64,000 bases of DNA from an uncultured Actinomycetota bacterium (GTDB taxonomy: Bacteria > Actinomycetota > Actinomycetes > Propionibacteriales > Nocardioidaceae). Shown here piece by piece: positions 38,527-48,451 of the stretch (the stretch's first letter is position 1; every line of letters begins with the position of its first letter). The stretch spans positions 1,078-65,077 of the forward strand of contig CAWCGM010000050.1 of assembly GCA_963795095.1 (NCBI GenBank), read 5' to 3'. Under the pieces are notes generated by a model, which saw nothing but the letters and a program-made list of their open reading frames with translations, had not been told where the DNA came from and did not search any database. A program made the translations under genes and the position numbers.

Positions 38527-40017
38527 TCAGCTCGCGTAGGGCTGCAGCAGCTGGTCCACCGGTGCGTGGTCGTCGGTGAGCACCAGGGCGTCGCCGACCC
38601 AGCTCTCGAGGCCGCGGCCCGTGAGCACGCTCCACCCCGTCCCGCGCTCGGTCAGCCGCTCCTGCAGGCCGTCGAGGTCGAGGGGCCGGTCGCTCGCGAG
38701 CGCCACCAGGTTGCCGCCGCGTCCGGGTGCGGGATCACCGAGGTCGCCCGGTTCGCCGAGGACCGCGACATGCTCGAAGGCCTCGCCCAACGTGGCGACC
38801 TCGGCGCGGGCGAAGGCCAGGTCGCCGTAGTCGATCAGGTTCGCGACGTAGACGCCGTCGTCGTCGAGCACCCGCTCGATCCCGGCGACGGCCTCCCGCG
38901 TGGTCAGGTGCCACGGCACGCTGACGCCGCCGAAGGCGTCACCGACGACGAGGTCACGGCTCGCGCCCTCGAGCCTCGCGAGCCCGAGTCGGCCGTCCTC
39001 GACGCGCACCTCCGCCACGGCCTCGTCGAGCCCGAGGAGCTGCCGGTCGACCCGCACCACCCCGCCGTCGATCTCCGAGACCACGTTGTCCGTGCCGGGT
39101 CGGACGGCGGCCAGGTAGCGCGGCAGCGTCAGGCCGCCGCCTCCCAGGTGGTAGGCGCGCAGCGGTTCGCCCGGCGCGAAGGCCACGTCGCTGACCGCCG
39201 CGATGGCGCGCACGTAGGCGAACTCGAGGTGTGTGGGGTCGTCGAGGTCGACGTAGGAGTGGCGCAGCCCGTCCAGCACGAGCGTGCGACCCGACTCGCG
39301 ACCGGGATCGGCCACCACGTCCGCGCAGTGGTACGTCGTCTCGGCATCGCACCCGCCCGGGCCCAGCGCGGCCGCGAGGCCCCCGACGACGACCACCGCG
39401 GCAGCAGCACCGGTCCCCCGGCCGACGCGCCTGCGCAGCAGCACCTCGACGACGACGGCGCCGAGCACCAGCAGCAGGCCGAGCCCCAGCAGGATGGTGC
39501 TGACCCGCAGTCGCGAGACGAGCACGAAGCCCGTCACGACCGTCCCGGCGATCGCCCCGACGGTCCCGATGCCGGACAAGCGGCCCACGACCGTGCCCGT
39601 CCGGTCGAGGGACTGCAGCTGCAGCTTGGTCACCATCGGCGTGACCGCCGAGAGCAGGGCTCCTGGCACGAGGATCGTCACCGCTGCCACGAGCAGCACC
39701 GCACCCGAGCCGGACGAGGTGGCGGCCTCACCGGCGCTGCGGACCGCGAACGGCGTCACCGCCACGACCGCCCCCGACACGCCGAGGAGCGGAGCGAGCA
39801 CGCGGCGCGGGTCGACGAGGTCGGCGTACGTCCCACCTGCCCACGATCCGGCCGCGATGGCGGCGAGCGCGATGCCGATCACCACGGTGCTCGTCTCGAG
39901 CGTCAACCCCAGGTAGGGCGCAAGCAGGCGGAGCGCGGTGAGCTCGACCACCAGCACCGCCGCCGACGACAGGAAGACCAGCACCGCCGCTGTTCGCTCC
40001 CCCAGGTCCGCACGCAT
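38527..40017 (-). CDS. fused membrane domain plus spermidine-synthase-like (class I SAM/aminopropyl transferase fold) protein
   Basis: ATG at 40017. About 200 aa of TM helices, then HLGGGGLTLPRY...VVGDAFGGVSVPWHLTT, typical of the spermidine synthase fold. Confidence 0.7.
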   Translation of the reverse strand: MRADLGERTAAVLVFLSSAAVLVVELTALRLLAPYLGLTLETSTVVIGIALAAIAAGSWAGGTYADLVDPRRVLAPLLGVSGAVVAVTPFAVRSAGEAATSSGSGAVLLVAAVTILVPGALLSAVTPMVTKLQLQSLDRTGTVVGRLSGIGTVGAIAGTVVTGFVLVSRLRVSTILLGLGLLLVLGAVVVEVLLRRRVGRGTGAAAAVVVVGGLAAALGPGGCDAETTYHCADVVADPGRESGRTLVLDGLRHSYVDLDDPTHLEFAYVRAIAAVSDVAFAPGEPLRAYHLGGGGLTLPRYLAAVRPGTDNVVSEIDGGVVRVDRQLLGLDEAVAEVRVEDGRLGLARLEGASRDLVVGDAFGGVSVPWHLTTREAVAGIERVLDDDGVYVANLIDYGDLAFARAEVATLGEAFEHVAVLGEPGDLGDPAPGRGGNLVALASDRPLDLDGLQERLTERGTGWSVLTGRGLESWVGDALVLTDDHAPVDQLLQPYAS

Positions 40018-40126
40018 GGTCGCGAGCCTAGGGCGCAGGTCCAGACCGGGCTCCCGCGCGACGGTCGTGAGGAGCAGAGTGGCACGTTGTCCACCACGGG
40101 GATCCACACCAGAAGGAGGTGGCGTG

Positions 40127-40378
40127 ATGCCCTTGTTCATGGACGTCCACCACATGGATGGAGGCGTCGCCGTCGGCGACGTCGCAGCGGCCCACATGGC
40201 CGACCTGCAGGAGCAGTCGCAGCACGGCGTGAACTACCTGAAGTACTGGGTCAACGAGGCGGAGGGCAGGATCTTCTGCCTGGTCGACGCCCCCGATGCG
40301 GAGGCCGCCAACACGGTCCATCGCGAGGCCCACGGCCTGGTGGCCGACGAGATCTACGAGGTGAGCGAGGGCGCCTGA
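40127..40378 (+). CDS. DUF4242 (SCO4226-like) small protein
   Basis: AGGAGG lies 7 nt upstream of ATG 40127. MPLFMDVHH...YLKYWVNEAEGRIFCLVDAPDAEAANTVHREAHGLVADEIYEV. Confidence 0.7.
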   Translation: MPLFMDVHHMDGGVAVGDVAAAHMADLQEQSQHGVNYLKYWVNEAEGRIFCLVDAPDAEAANTVHREAHGLVADEIYEVSEGA

Positions 40379-40382
40379 ACCC

Positions 40383-41892
40383 TCACCTCAGGGTCTGCTT
40401 GCCTCCGTGCAGCAGGGTGATGAGCTGGGCGACCTTGCCGTCCGTGGCGGAGTCGCGGGCGAAGGACGTCAGGTTCATCACCGGGGCGAACTTCTGTCGC
40501 GTGATCGCCTTGGCGTACGTGAACTCGCGGAGGCCGTCGGGACCGTGGATCCGCCCGAAGCCGGACTGCCCGACGCCGCCGAAGGGCAGGCCGGGGACGG
40601 CCGCGAAGGCGATCACGCTGTTGACCGACGTCATCCCGGAGCGGATCCGGCGGGCGATCGACAGCCCGTTGGCCTTGGAGAACACCGCGCCGGCGAGGCC
40701 GTACTCGGTCGCGTTGGTGAGGCGTACGGCCTCGTCCATGCTGGCGACGGGGTTGATCGCCAGCGTCGGACCGAAGGTCTCCTCGGTGATCTCGGTGGAG
40801 TCCTCGGGCACGTGGGTGAGGATCGTCGGCTGGACGAACCGCTCCCCCACGGCGTCGGACCCGCCGAGCGCCACCTTCGCGCCCTCGGGCGATCGCGTCG
40901 TCGATGTGGCTCTTGATGACGCCCAGCTGCGACGGCATCGTGATCGGCCCGATCTTGGCGCCCGCGTCGGACCCGGCGCGCAGGCCGTCGGCCTGGCCGA
41001 GGATCTCGGTCATGAAGGCGTCGAAGACGTTCTCGTGGACGTAGACGCGCTCGGTGCCGATGCAGGTCTGCCCGGCGTTCGACATCCCGCCCCACAGGGC
41101 TGCCTCGGCCGCCTTGGCCAGGTCGGCGTCCTCGTCGACGATCAGCGAGTCCTTGCCGCCGGCCTCGATGACGACGGGCGTGAGGTTCTCGGCGCAGGCC
41201 GCCATCACCTTCTTGCCGGTGCGGCCGGAGCCGGTGAACGCGAGCTTGTCGATCCTGGCCCGGCACAGCGCGTTGCCGGTGTCGCCCAGACCGGTGACCA
41301 CCTGCAGCACGTCGCGCCCGTGCACCACCTCGCGGAAGGAGTCGGCGAGCCACTGGCCGACTCCGGGGGTGTACTCACTGGGCTTGAACACGACGGCGTT
41401 GCCGGCGGCGAGCGCGTAGGCGATCGAGCCCATCGGGGTGAAGACCGGGTAGTTCCACGGACCGATCACGCCGACCACGCCGAGCGGGTGGTAGGCCACG
41501 GTGGCTGCCTGGTTGGCCATCAGGAGCCCGGACGAGACCTTGCGGGGGCCGAGCACCTTCTTGGCGTTCTTGGCCGCCCACGCGATGTGGTCGATGGCGA
41601 GGACGATCTCGAGCTGCGCGTCGCCGTGCGGCTTCCCGGTCTCGCGGTGGGAGAGGTCGGCCAGCTGGGCGATGCGGCGGGTGATGACCGAGCGCCAGGT
41701 CAGCAGGAAGTCCGCGCGCTCGTCGAACGACAGGTTCCCCCACCAGTCGACCGCCTCGCGGGCGCGGGCCACGGCAGCGTCGACCTCGTCGGCGCCCATC
41801 ACGGGGTGCGTGGCGACCACGTCGCCGGTGGCCGGGTCGAGCGAGTCGAAGGTCTCGGCGGACGTGGCGGTGGGCTCGAGGGTGGCGGTCAT
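40383..41892 (-). pseudogene. NAD(P)-dependent aldehyde dehydrogenase, apparent +1 nt in a G run near 40882-40884
   Basis: The N-terminal 335 aa, including the FTGS, EAGGKD and GQTCIGTERV catalytic motifs, are in ORF 40354..42573. The C-terminus (EETFGPTL...PFGGVGQSGFGR) is in ORF 40383..40874. An alternative start at 41955 is ATGA-coupled to the GMC gene. Confidence 0.8.
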
Positions 41893-41951
41893 CGGGGTCC
41901 CCGCGGCGCTTGCTCGGAGGAGGAGCGGAGGAGAGGAACGTCGTGGGGTGA

Positions 41952-43535
41952 TCATCGTGACTCCTTGATGAGGTCGGCGCACTTCTCGCCGATCATGACG
42001 GTCGGGGCGTTGGTGTTGCCGCGCGGGACCCGCGGCATGACGGAGGCGTCGGCGACCCGGAGGCCCTCGACGCCGTGGACCCGGAGCTCGGGGTCGACGA
42101 CGCTGCCCTCGATCGTGCCCATCGCGCAGGTCGCGACCGGGTGGTAGAGCGTCTGGCCGAGCCGGCCGATGCCCTCGATGATGTCGTCGTCGGAGGGGTC
42201 GGCGGAGGCCGGGATCCAGGGCTCGTCGACGTACTTCGCGATCGGGCCCTGGCGCAGGATCTCCAGGGCGGTGCGGAACCCGCCGATCATCGCCTCGAGG
42301 TCGGCGCGGTCGTCGAAGTAGCCCGGGTCGATCTCGGGATGCCAGGTCGGGTCGGCCGAGCGCAGCTTGACGTGGCCCGAGCTCTGCACGTTGACCAGCG
42401 TCACCGCTGTCGTCAGGGCACGGCGTACGGGCTCGTGCATGCCGTTGTCGTAGAAGCCGGTCGGCGCGACGTGGAGCTGGATGTCGGGGAGCTCGAGGTC
42501 GTCGCGGGAGGCGTAGAAGGCTCCCGTCTCCGCCACGTTGGAGCTCAGCGGACCCTTGCCGGTCGCCTTCCACTTGATCAGGTTGCCGACTCCGAGCATC
42601 TCGGCGACGTCGGTGGTGTCCTTGGTGTAGCTGAGGACGCCGGACACCGGGTGGTCCTGCAGCTTCTGGCCGACGCCGGAGGACTCGACGACGACGTCGA
42701 TGCCCATGTCGCGCAGGTGCGCCCCGGGCCCGATCCCCGACAGCATCAGCAGCTGCGGGCTGTTGATGGCGCCGCCGCTCAGGACGACCTCGGCGTCAGC
42801 GCGTACGACGTGGTGCTCGCCACCGCGGGTGTAGGCGACGCCGACGGCCCGGGTGCCGTCCATGACGATCCGCGTGACGAAGGCCTCGGTGCGGACCGTG
42901 AGGTTGGGACGACGCTCGGCGGGGTGGATGTAGGCGTCGGCGACGGACCAGCGGCGGCCCTTCTTGCACGTCACCTGGTAGAGGCCGATCCCCTCCTGCT
43001 CGGCGCCGTTGAAGTCGTCGTTGCGCTTGAGCCCGGCCGCGACGCCGGCCTCGATGAACGACGTGCTGAGCTCGTGGTTGTAGGTCCGGTCCTCCACGTG
43101 CAGGGGGCCGTCGGTGCCGTGGAAGCGACCGCCGAGGCGGGTGTTGCCCTCGGCCTTCACGAAGTAGGGCAGGACGTCCTCGAAGCCCCAGCCGGTCGCG
43201 CCGTAGGCGTCACGCCACTCGTCGTAGTCGCCGTGGTTGCCGCGGATGTAGATCATCGCGTTCATCGAGGAGCAGCCCCCGAGCGCCTTCATCCGCGGCC
43301 AGTAGGCCCGGCGCCCGTCGAGGTGCTTCTGGGGCGTCGTCTCGTAGTTCCAGTCCCACTTGGTCTTGAACAGCATCGAGAACGCGAGCGGCATGTGGAT
43401 GTTGTCGTCGTCGTCCGGCGGACCGGCCTCCAGCAGGAGGACGGAGACGTCCGGGTCCTCGGTCAGCCGCGCGGCGACGACGCCGCCGGCGCTGCCCGAT
43501 CCGATGACGACGTAGTCGAACTTCTCGTCGGGCAT
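41952..43535 (-). CDS. GMC-family FAD oxidoreductase (choline dehydrogenase-like)
   Basis: 528 aa. FDYVVIGSGSAGGVVAARL, GGCSSMNAMIY, C-terminal HPVATCAMG...RVADASVMP. Confidence 0.85.
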   Translation of the reverse strand: MPDEKFDYVVIGSGSAGGVVAARLTEDPDVSVLLLEAGPPDDDDNIHMPLAFSMLFKTKWDWNYETTPQKHLDGRRAYWPRMKALGGCSSMNAMIYIRGNHGDYDEWRDAYGATGWGFEDVLPYFVKAEGNTRLGGRFHGTDGPLHVEDRTYNHELSTSFIEAGVAAGLKRNDDFNGAEQEGIGLYQVTCKKGRRWSVADAYIHPAERRPNLTVRTEAFVTRIVMDGTRAVGVAYTRGGEHHVVRADAEVVLSGGAINSPQLLMLSGIGPGAHLRDMGIDVVVESSGVGQKLQDHPVSGVLSYTKDTTDVAEMLGVGNLIKWKATGKGPLSSNVAETGAFYASRDDLELPDIQLHVAPTGFYDNGMHEPVRRALTTAVTLVNVQSSGHVKLRSADPTWHPEIDPGYFDDRADLEAMIGGFRTALEILRQGPIAKYVDEPWIPASADPSDDDIIEGIGRLGQTLYHPVATCAMGTIEGSVVDPELRVHGVEGLRVADASVMPRVPRGNTNAPTVMIGEKCADLIKESR

Positions 43536-43786
43536 GTGCTCCCTCTCGACCTGCTGTGACGCGGGCCACAAACCTACTGAGAGGCGGATCGCGACACAAC
43601 AACTGTCACGGTCCGGAGCACTCGCCGACTCGTCGCCTGTCATCGATCCGCTGGTCGACGCGGTCGAACGGAGGCACGACGTCCAGCGATGTCCGTGGCG
43701 GACCGAGATGACCAGTGCTGCGAGGCCGTCGACGGGGATCGCGGGCATCGGACGACGCTGCCGAGCTACCGCGACCGTCGCGCGTC

Positions 43787-45859
43787 CTAGGCGTCGATGG
43801 TGTCGACGTCGACCTCGTAGGCGCCCTGCACGATGAACTCCTTGCGGGGCGCCACGTCGGAGCCCATCAGCAGCTCGAAGACGCGGCTGGCCTCGTCGAC
43901 GTCGTCGATCGTGAGCTTGCGCAGGGTGCGGTGGCGCGGGTCCATGGTGGTCTCGGCCAGCTGGTCGGCGTCCATCTCGCCGAGGCCCTTGTAGCGCTGG
44001 ATCGGCTCCTTCCAGCGGACGTTCTTCTTCTTCAGCTCCGCCAGCCGGCGCTGCAGCTCGCCGTCGGAGTAGGTGTAGATGTACTTGTCCATCCCCTTCT
44101 TGGGGTTGGACAGCTCGATGCGGTGAAGCGGCGGGACGGCCGAGTAGAGCCGGCCGTCGGCGACCAGCTCGGGCATGTACTTGAAGAACAGGGTCGCGAG
44201 CAGGCACCGGATGTGGGCGCCGTCGGAGTCGGCGTCGGCCATCAGGATGATCCGGCCGTAGCGGGCCGCTTCGAGCTCGAACGTACGCCCCGAGCCGGCG
44301 CCGACCACCTGGATGATCGAGGCGCACTCGGTGTTCTTCAGCATGTCGCCGACGGTGGCCTTCTGGACGTTGAGGATCTTGCCCCGGATCGGCAGCAGCG
44401 CCTGGAACTCGCTGCTGCGCGCCGCCTTGGCCGTCCCCATCGCCGAGTCGCCCTCGACGATGAAGAGCTCGGTGCGCTCGGTGTCGGTGCTGCGGCAGTC
44501 GAAGAGCTTGGCGGGCAGTGCCGACGACTCGAGGGCGGTCTTGCGGCGCTGGTTCTCCTTGTGCTGCCGGGCCGCGAGCCGCGTCTTCGAGGCCCCCGCG
44601 ACCTTCTCCATGAGGAGCTTGGCCTGGGCCTTCTCGGCGCGCTTGGTCGAGGTGAGGAACGACTTGAGCTCGGCGGCCACCACCTTGCGGACGACGCTGC
44701 GGGCAGCGGGCGTGCCGAGGATCTCCTTGGTCTGGCCCTCGAACTGCGGCTCCGCGAGGCGCACGGTCACGACGGCGGTGAGCCCCTCCATCACGTCGTC
44801 CTTGATCACGTCGGTGTCCGCGGTCCTGAGCACCTTGGCGCCGCGCATCGCGTCGTTGAACGTCTTGGTCAGCGCGGCGTCGAAGCCACTGACGTGGGTG
44901 CCGCCCTTGGGGGTCGCGATCACGTTGACGAACGAGCGCACCTCGGTGTCGTACGCCGTGTCCCACCGCACGGCGACGTCGACGGTGAGCTCGCGCTCGA
45001 TCTCCTGGGGCGTCATGTGGCCCTTGTCGTCGAGCAGCGGCACGGTCTCGGTGAACGTGTCGGTGCCCTGCAGCCGCAGGATGTCGGTGACGGGCTCGCC
45101 GTGCGAGAGGAACTCGACGAACTCCGCGATCCCGCCGTCGTGGCGGAAGCGCTCCTCGACGACCTCGGCGGTGCGCTGGTCGCGGATCAGCAGCTCGAGC
45201 CCCGGCACGATGTACGACGTCTGCCGGGCGCGGCCGATGAGGCCCTCCATCTCGAAGCCGGCGTCCTTGGTGAAGATCTGCCGGTCCGGCCAGAACCGGA
45301 TCCGGGTGCCGGTCCTGCCCTTCGCCACGCGCTTGCCCTTGCGGGTCAGCCCGGACTGGGGCGTGAAGGGGGCGGTGGGGCCGTCACCGTCGAACACGCC
45401 CGGCACGCCTCGCTGGAACGACAGTCCCTGCTGCGACGGGGAGCGGTCGACGTCGATGTCCATCCGCGAGCTGAGCGCGTTGACCACCGAGAGGCCGACG
45501 CCGTGCAGGCCGCCGGTGGCGACGTAGGAGCCTCCGCCGAACTTGCCGCCGGCGTGCAGCTTGGTCGCCACGACCTCGACGCCGGGGAGCCCCGTCTTGG
45601 GCTCCTTGTCGGTCGGGATGCCGCGCCCGTCGTCGTAGACCTCGACCGAGCCGTCGGCGTGCAGCGTGATCTCGACGAGGTGCGCGACGCCGGCCAGGGC
45701 CTCGTCGACGCCGTTGTCGATGATCTCCCACACGCAGTGCATCAGGCCGCGCGTGTCGGTGGACCCGATGTACATGCCGGGCCGCTTGCGTACGGCGTCG
45801 AGGCCCTCGAGGACCAGGAGGTGTGCTGCGTTGTAGGTGTTGTCCGCGGGTGCTGCCAC
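43787..45859 (-). CDS. parE: type IIA DNA topoisomerase subunit B (ParE-like / topoisomerase IV subunit B of Actinobacteria)
   Basis: GTG at 45859. LEGLDAVRKRPGMYIGST, GGLHGVG, Toprim EGDSAMG, PIRGKILNV, DADSDGAH. Confidence 0.9.
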   Translation of the reverse strand: MAAPADNTYNAAHLLVLEGLDAVRKRPGMYIGSTDTRGLMHCVWEIIDNGVDEALAGVAHLVEITLHADGSVEVYDDGRGIPTDKEPKTGLPGVEVVATKLHAGGKFGGGSYVATGGLHGVGLSVVNALSSRMDIDVDRSPSQQGLSFQRGVPGVFDGDGPTAPFTPQSGLTRKGKRVAKGRTGTRIRFWPDRQIFTKDAGFEMEGLIGRARQTSYIVPGLELLIRDQRTAEVVEERFRHDGGIAEFVEFLSHGEPVTDILRLQGTDTFTETVPLLDDKGHMTPQEIERELTVDVAVRWDTAYDTEVRSFVNVIATPKGGTHVSGFDAALTKTFNDAMRGAKVLRTADTDVIKDDVMEGLTAVVTVRLAEPQFEGQTKEILGTPAARSVVRKVVAAELKSFLTSTKRAEKAQAKLLMEKVAGASKTRLAARQHKENQRRKTALESSALPAKLFDCRSTDTERTELFIVEGDSAMGTAKAARSSEFQALLPIRGKILNVQKATVGDMLKNTECASIIQVVGAGSGRTFELEAARYGRIILMADADSDGAHIRCLLATLFFKYMPELVADGRLYSAVPPLHRIELSNPKKGMDKYIYTYSDGELQRRLAELKKKNVRWKEPIQRYKGLGEMDADQLAETTMDPRHRTLRKLTIDDVDEASRVFELLMGSDVAPRKEFIVQGAYEVDVDTIDA

Positions 45860-46175
45860 AGGGGTCCTGTTCGTGCGTGAAATCCGGCCGGTGCATGTGC
45901 GTCGAACTGCTGATGTGGAACACGCCGACACTACCCGCGACACGCCGTGCGCCGACGGAGGCACGCCTGCCTCCCGGGACGCATGGGCGCGGCTAGCGTG
46001 GGGCACAGGTCAGGTATCACTTCGACAACGGCTGGTCCACGGTTGCGGACAACGCCAGCGGTGGGGAGTGTGACGTGATTGACTCCAAGAGTTCTCGATC
46101 AGGAAACAGCAGCAGGGAATCTTTGTCCCACTGGCTACGTTGGGCCAGACACCGATGAACAGAAATGAGGCTGAC

Positions 46176-46406
46176 GTGACCACTGCCACCGCACCCTCGC
46201 AGGCCGTGCTGACGGCCATGGACCGCTGCGACCGCTGCGGTGCCCAGGCCTACCTCCGAGTCGAGCTCCAGAGCGGCGGTGAGCTGCTCTTCTGCGCCCA
46301 CCACGCCCGCGAGCACGGCGAGAAGCTGCGCCAGGTCGCCGCGACCGTCCACGACGAGACGCACAAGCTGGACCCCGCCGCTCCGACGGCGGGCAGCGAC
46401 GCCTGA
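46176..46406 (+). CDS. small conserved actinobacterial Cys/His protein (DUF7455-like), divergent from parE
   Basis: DRCDRCGAQAYLRVELQSGGELLFCAHHAREH. The GTG at 46176 with GAGG 5 nt upstream is preferred over the longer TTG/ATG starts at 46140/46155. Confidence 0.6.
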   Translation: MTTATAPSQAVLTAMDRCDRCGAQAYLRVELQSGGELLFCAHHAREHGEKLRQVAATVHDETHKLDPAAPTAGSDA

Positions 46407-46515
46407 CACCCGGCACGACACCGAACTTCCAGCACGGCCCCGGACACGCTCTCCGGGGCCGTTCTGCGTCCCGGCCCGCGTACGTCCGGCCGCCGGCATC
46501 TGGGAGGCTGACCCC

Positions 46516-46992
46516 GTGACCGTCACCGAGCTGCTCGTCGCCGTCGTGATCGCCGTCGGCATCGCCGGCATCATCGTCCCGGTGCTGCCCGGCACGATCC
46601 TGGTCCTCGGCGCCATCCTCGTGTGGGCGCTCGAGATCGGCACCACGACGGCGTGGCTGGTCTTCGCCTTCGCCACGACGTTCCTGGTCCTCGGCACGAT
46701 CGTGAAGTACCTCGTGCCCGGCCGGCAGCTGAAGGCGTCGGGCGTCCCCAACCGCACACTGCTGGTGGGGGCGCTCCTGGCCTTCGTCGGGTTCTTCGTC
46801 GTCCCGGTCGTCGGGATGTTCATCGGCTTCGTCCTCGGCGTGTACGCCGCCGAGCGGGCGCGGGTGGGCGCGGCGGGCGCGTGGCCGTCGACCAAGGCGG
46901 CACTGCGAGCGGTCGGGGTCTCGATCCTGGTCGAGCTCGTGGCGGCCTTCCTCGCGGTGGCCACCTGGGTCGTCGGCGTGGTCCTCACCTGA
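46516..46992 (+). CDS. DUF456 family membrane protein
   Basis: GGGAGG lies 8 nt upstream of GTG 46516. There are four hydrophobic helices (GIAGIIVPVLPGTILV...). Confidence 0.65.
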   Translation: MTVTELLVAVVIAVGIAGIIVPVLPGTILVLGAILVWALEIGTTTAWLVFAFATTFLVLGTIVKYLVPGRQLKASGVPNRTLLVGALLAFVGFFVVPVVGMFIGFVLGVYAAERARVGAAGAWPSTKAALRAVGVSILVELVAAFLAVATWVVGVVLT

Positions 46993-47819
46993 TGGTGGTC
47001 GTGCTCTCGCTCGTGGCGGCCGTCGCCTACGGGCTCTCGGACTTCGTCGGCGGCCTCGTGTCGCGTCGTACGTCCGCGTGGGCCGTGGCCTTCACCGGCA
47101 ACGCGGCCGCCTTCGCGGGGGCCGTGGTGCTCGCGCTCCTCGTCGACGGCTCACCGACCCGCACCGACCTCCTGTGGGGCGCGCTCGCCGGCGTCGGCAC
47201 CGGCGCGGGTGGCGCCTTCCTCTACCGCGGGCTCGCCGCCGGCCGGATGGGCGTGGTCGCCCCGATCTCCGCCGTCGGCGCGGCCCTCCTGCCGGTCTGC
47301 GTCGGCGTCGCGACCGGCGAACGGCCGGCGCTGCTCGTGTGGCTCGGCATCGCTGCCGCCGTGCCCGGCATCTGGCTGGTCAGCCGAGAGCCGGGCGGCT
47401 CCGGCGACCTGGCCGCGGGGATCCTCGACGGCGTCCTCGCCGGCCTCGGCTTCGGCCTGCTCTTCGCAGCGATGGGCCAGGTGCCCGAGGAGGCCGGCTT
47501 CGCGCCGCTCGCCCTGTCGCAGGCAGTGGCGATGGTCTGCGTCGCCCTCACGGCGGCGGCCCTCGGTGGGCGCTGGTTGCCGCACGAGCGCTCGCAGGCG
47601 TGGGGCGTCGTCGCCGGACTCCTCGCCACCGCCGCCGTGGTCGCCTTCCTGCTCGCCACCCAGACCGGGCTGCTCACGGTCGCCTCGGTCGTGACCTCGC
47701 TCTACCCCGCGATCACGATCGCGCTCGCGGCCGCCGTCCTGCGCGAGCGGATCCACGCCTCGCAGGGCATCGGCCTGTTGCTCTGCGGCGTGGCCGTCGG
47801 CCTGGTCGCCGCGGGGTGA
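46992..47819 (+). CDS. EamA/DMT-family transporter
   Basis: ATG at 46992 overlaps the upstream stop (TGATG). About 10 TM helices with AVAYGLSDFVGG at the N-terminus. Confidence 0.75.
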   Translation: MVVVLSLVAAVAYGLSDFVGGLVSRRTSAWAVAFTGNAAAFAGAVVLALLVDGSPTRTDLLWGALAGVGTGAGGAFLYRGLAAGRMGVVAPISAVGAALLPVCVGVATGERPALLVWLGIAAAVPGIWLVSREPGGSGDLAAGILDGVLAGLGFGLLFAAMGQVPEEAGFAPLALSQAVAMVCVALTAAALGGRWLPHERSQAWGVVAGLLATAAVVAFLLATQTGLLTVASVVTSLYPAITIALAAAVLRERIHASQGIGLLLCGVAVGLVAAG

Positions 47820-48370
47820 GCCGGGTGCCAGGCGCCGAGGCCCGCCGCGATGGGCAGGCTCCACCGGTGCCGCTTCGGCGCCCAGTCGACGACCGGGTGC
47901 GAGCCGTCGGCCTGGTCGACCATCTTCACCGACACGCGCACCGAGGACGCCCCGTCGAAGCAGTCGCGGCTGATCACCGCACGGAAGACGTCCTTGCCCC
48001 ACCGCGGGCGCGCCGCGTAGTCGCACCGGACCCGGGAGTCGCTGCCCTGCCACCCTGCGGCCTCGGTCAGCACGTAGTCGGTGCCGTCGCCGAGACCGCT
48101 GCTGAGGACGTACTCCGGGCCCTTCACGTCGCGGTCGGTGTCGATGAAGACCGACACCCCGGCGGCGCTCGAGCGCATCAGCTCGTTGAAGTAGACCTTG
48201 ACCCGCAGGTTGTCCGACCCGTGGTTGGCCTCGATGCCGTAGATGTCGGTGAGCGACGCGCTCGCGTCGGCCGGGTCGTCGATGCTGTAGAACTCCGCGT
48301 GCGCCGGAGCGGCGACCATGCCGACGAGCACGAGGGCAGAACCTGCGGCCAGTGCCATCCGAGATCTCAT
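47702..48370 (-). CDS. secreted protein of unknown function
   Basis: ATG at 48370. Signal peptide MRSRMALAAGSALVLVGMVAAPAHA. The last ~39 codons overlap the convergent EamA gene, so the true 3' end is uncertain. Confidence 0.55.
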   Translation of the reverse strand: MRSRMALAAGSALVLVGMVAAPAHAEFYSIDDPADASASLTDIYGIEANHGSDNLRVKVYFNELMRSSAAGVSVFIDTDRDVKGPEYVLSSGLGDGTDYVLTEAAGWQGSDSRVRCDYAARPRWGKDVFRAVISRDCFDGASSVRVSVKMVDQADGSHPVVDWAPKRHRWSLPIAAGLGAWHPAHPAATRPTATPQSNRPMPCEAWIRSRRTAAASAIVIAG

Positions 48371-48451
48371 GCCTCGAGTGTGGCAACCCGCACCACCGCC
48401 GTCCACCCACTTGTGGGGGATGTGCGCCACCCCCGGTGGCACGATGGCGCC

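Noticed and set aside
45860-46175. A structured RNA or small gene in the parE / DUF7455 divergent region, which is somewhat lower in GC.
   Set aside because: I could not recognise a convincing stem-loop architecture, known riboswitch core or SD-preceded ORF. It is most simply a divergent promoter region.
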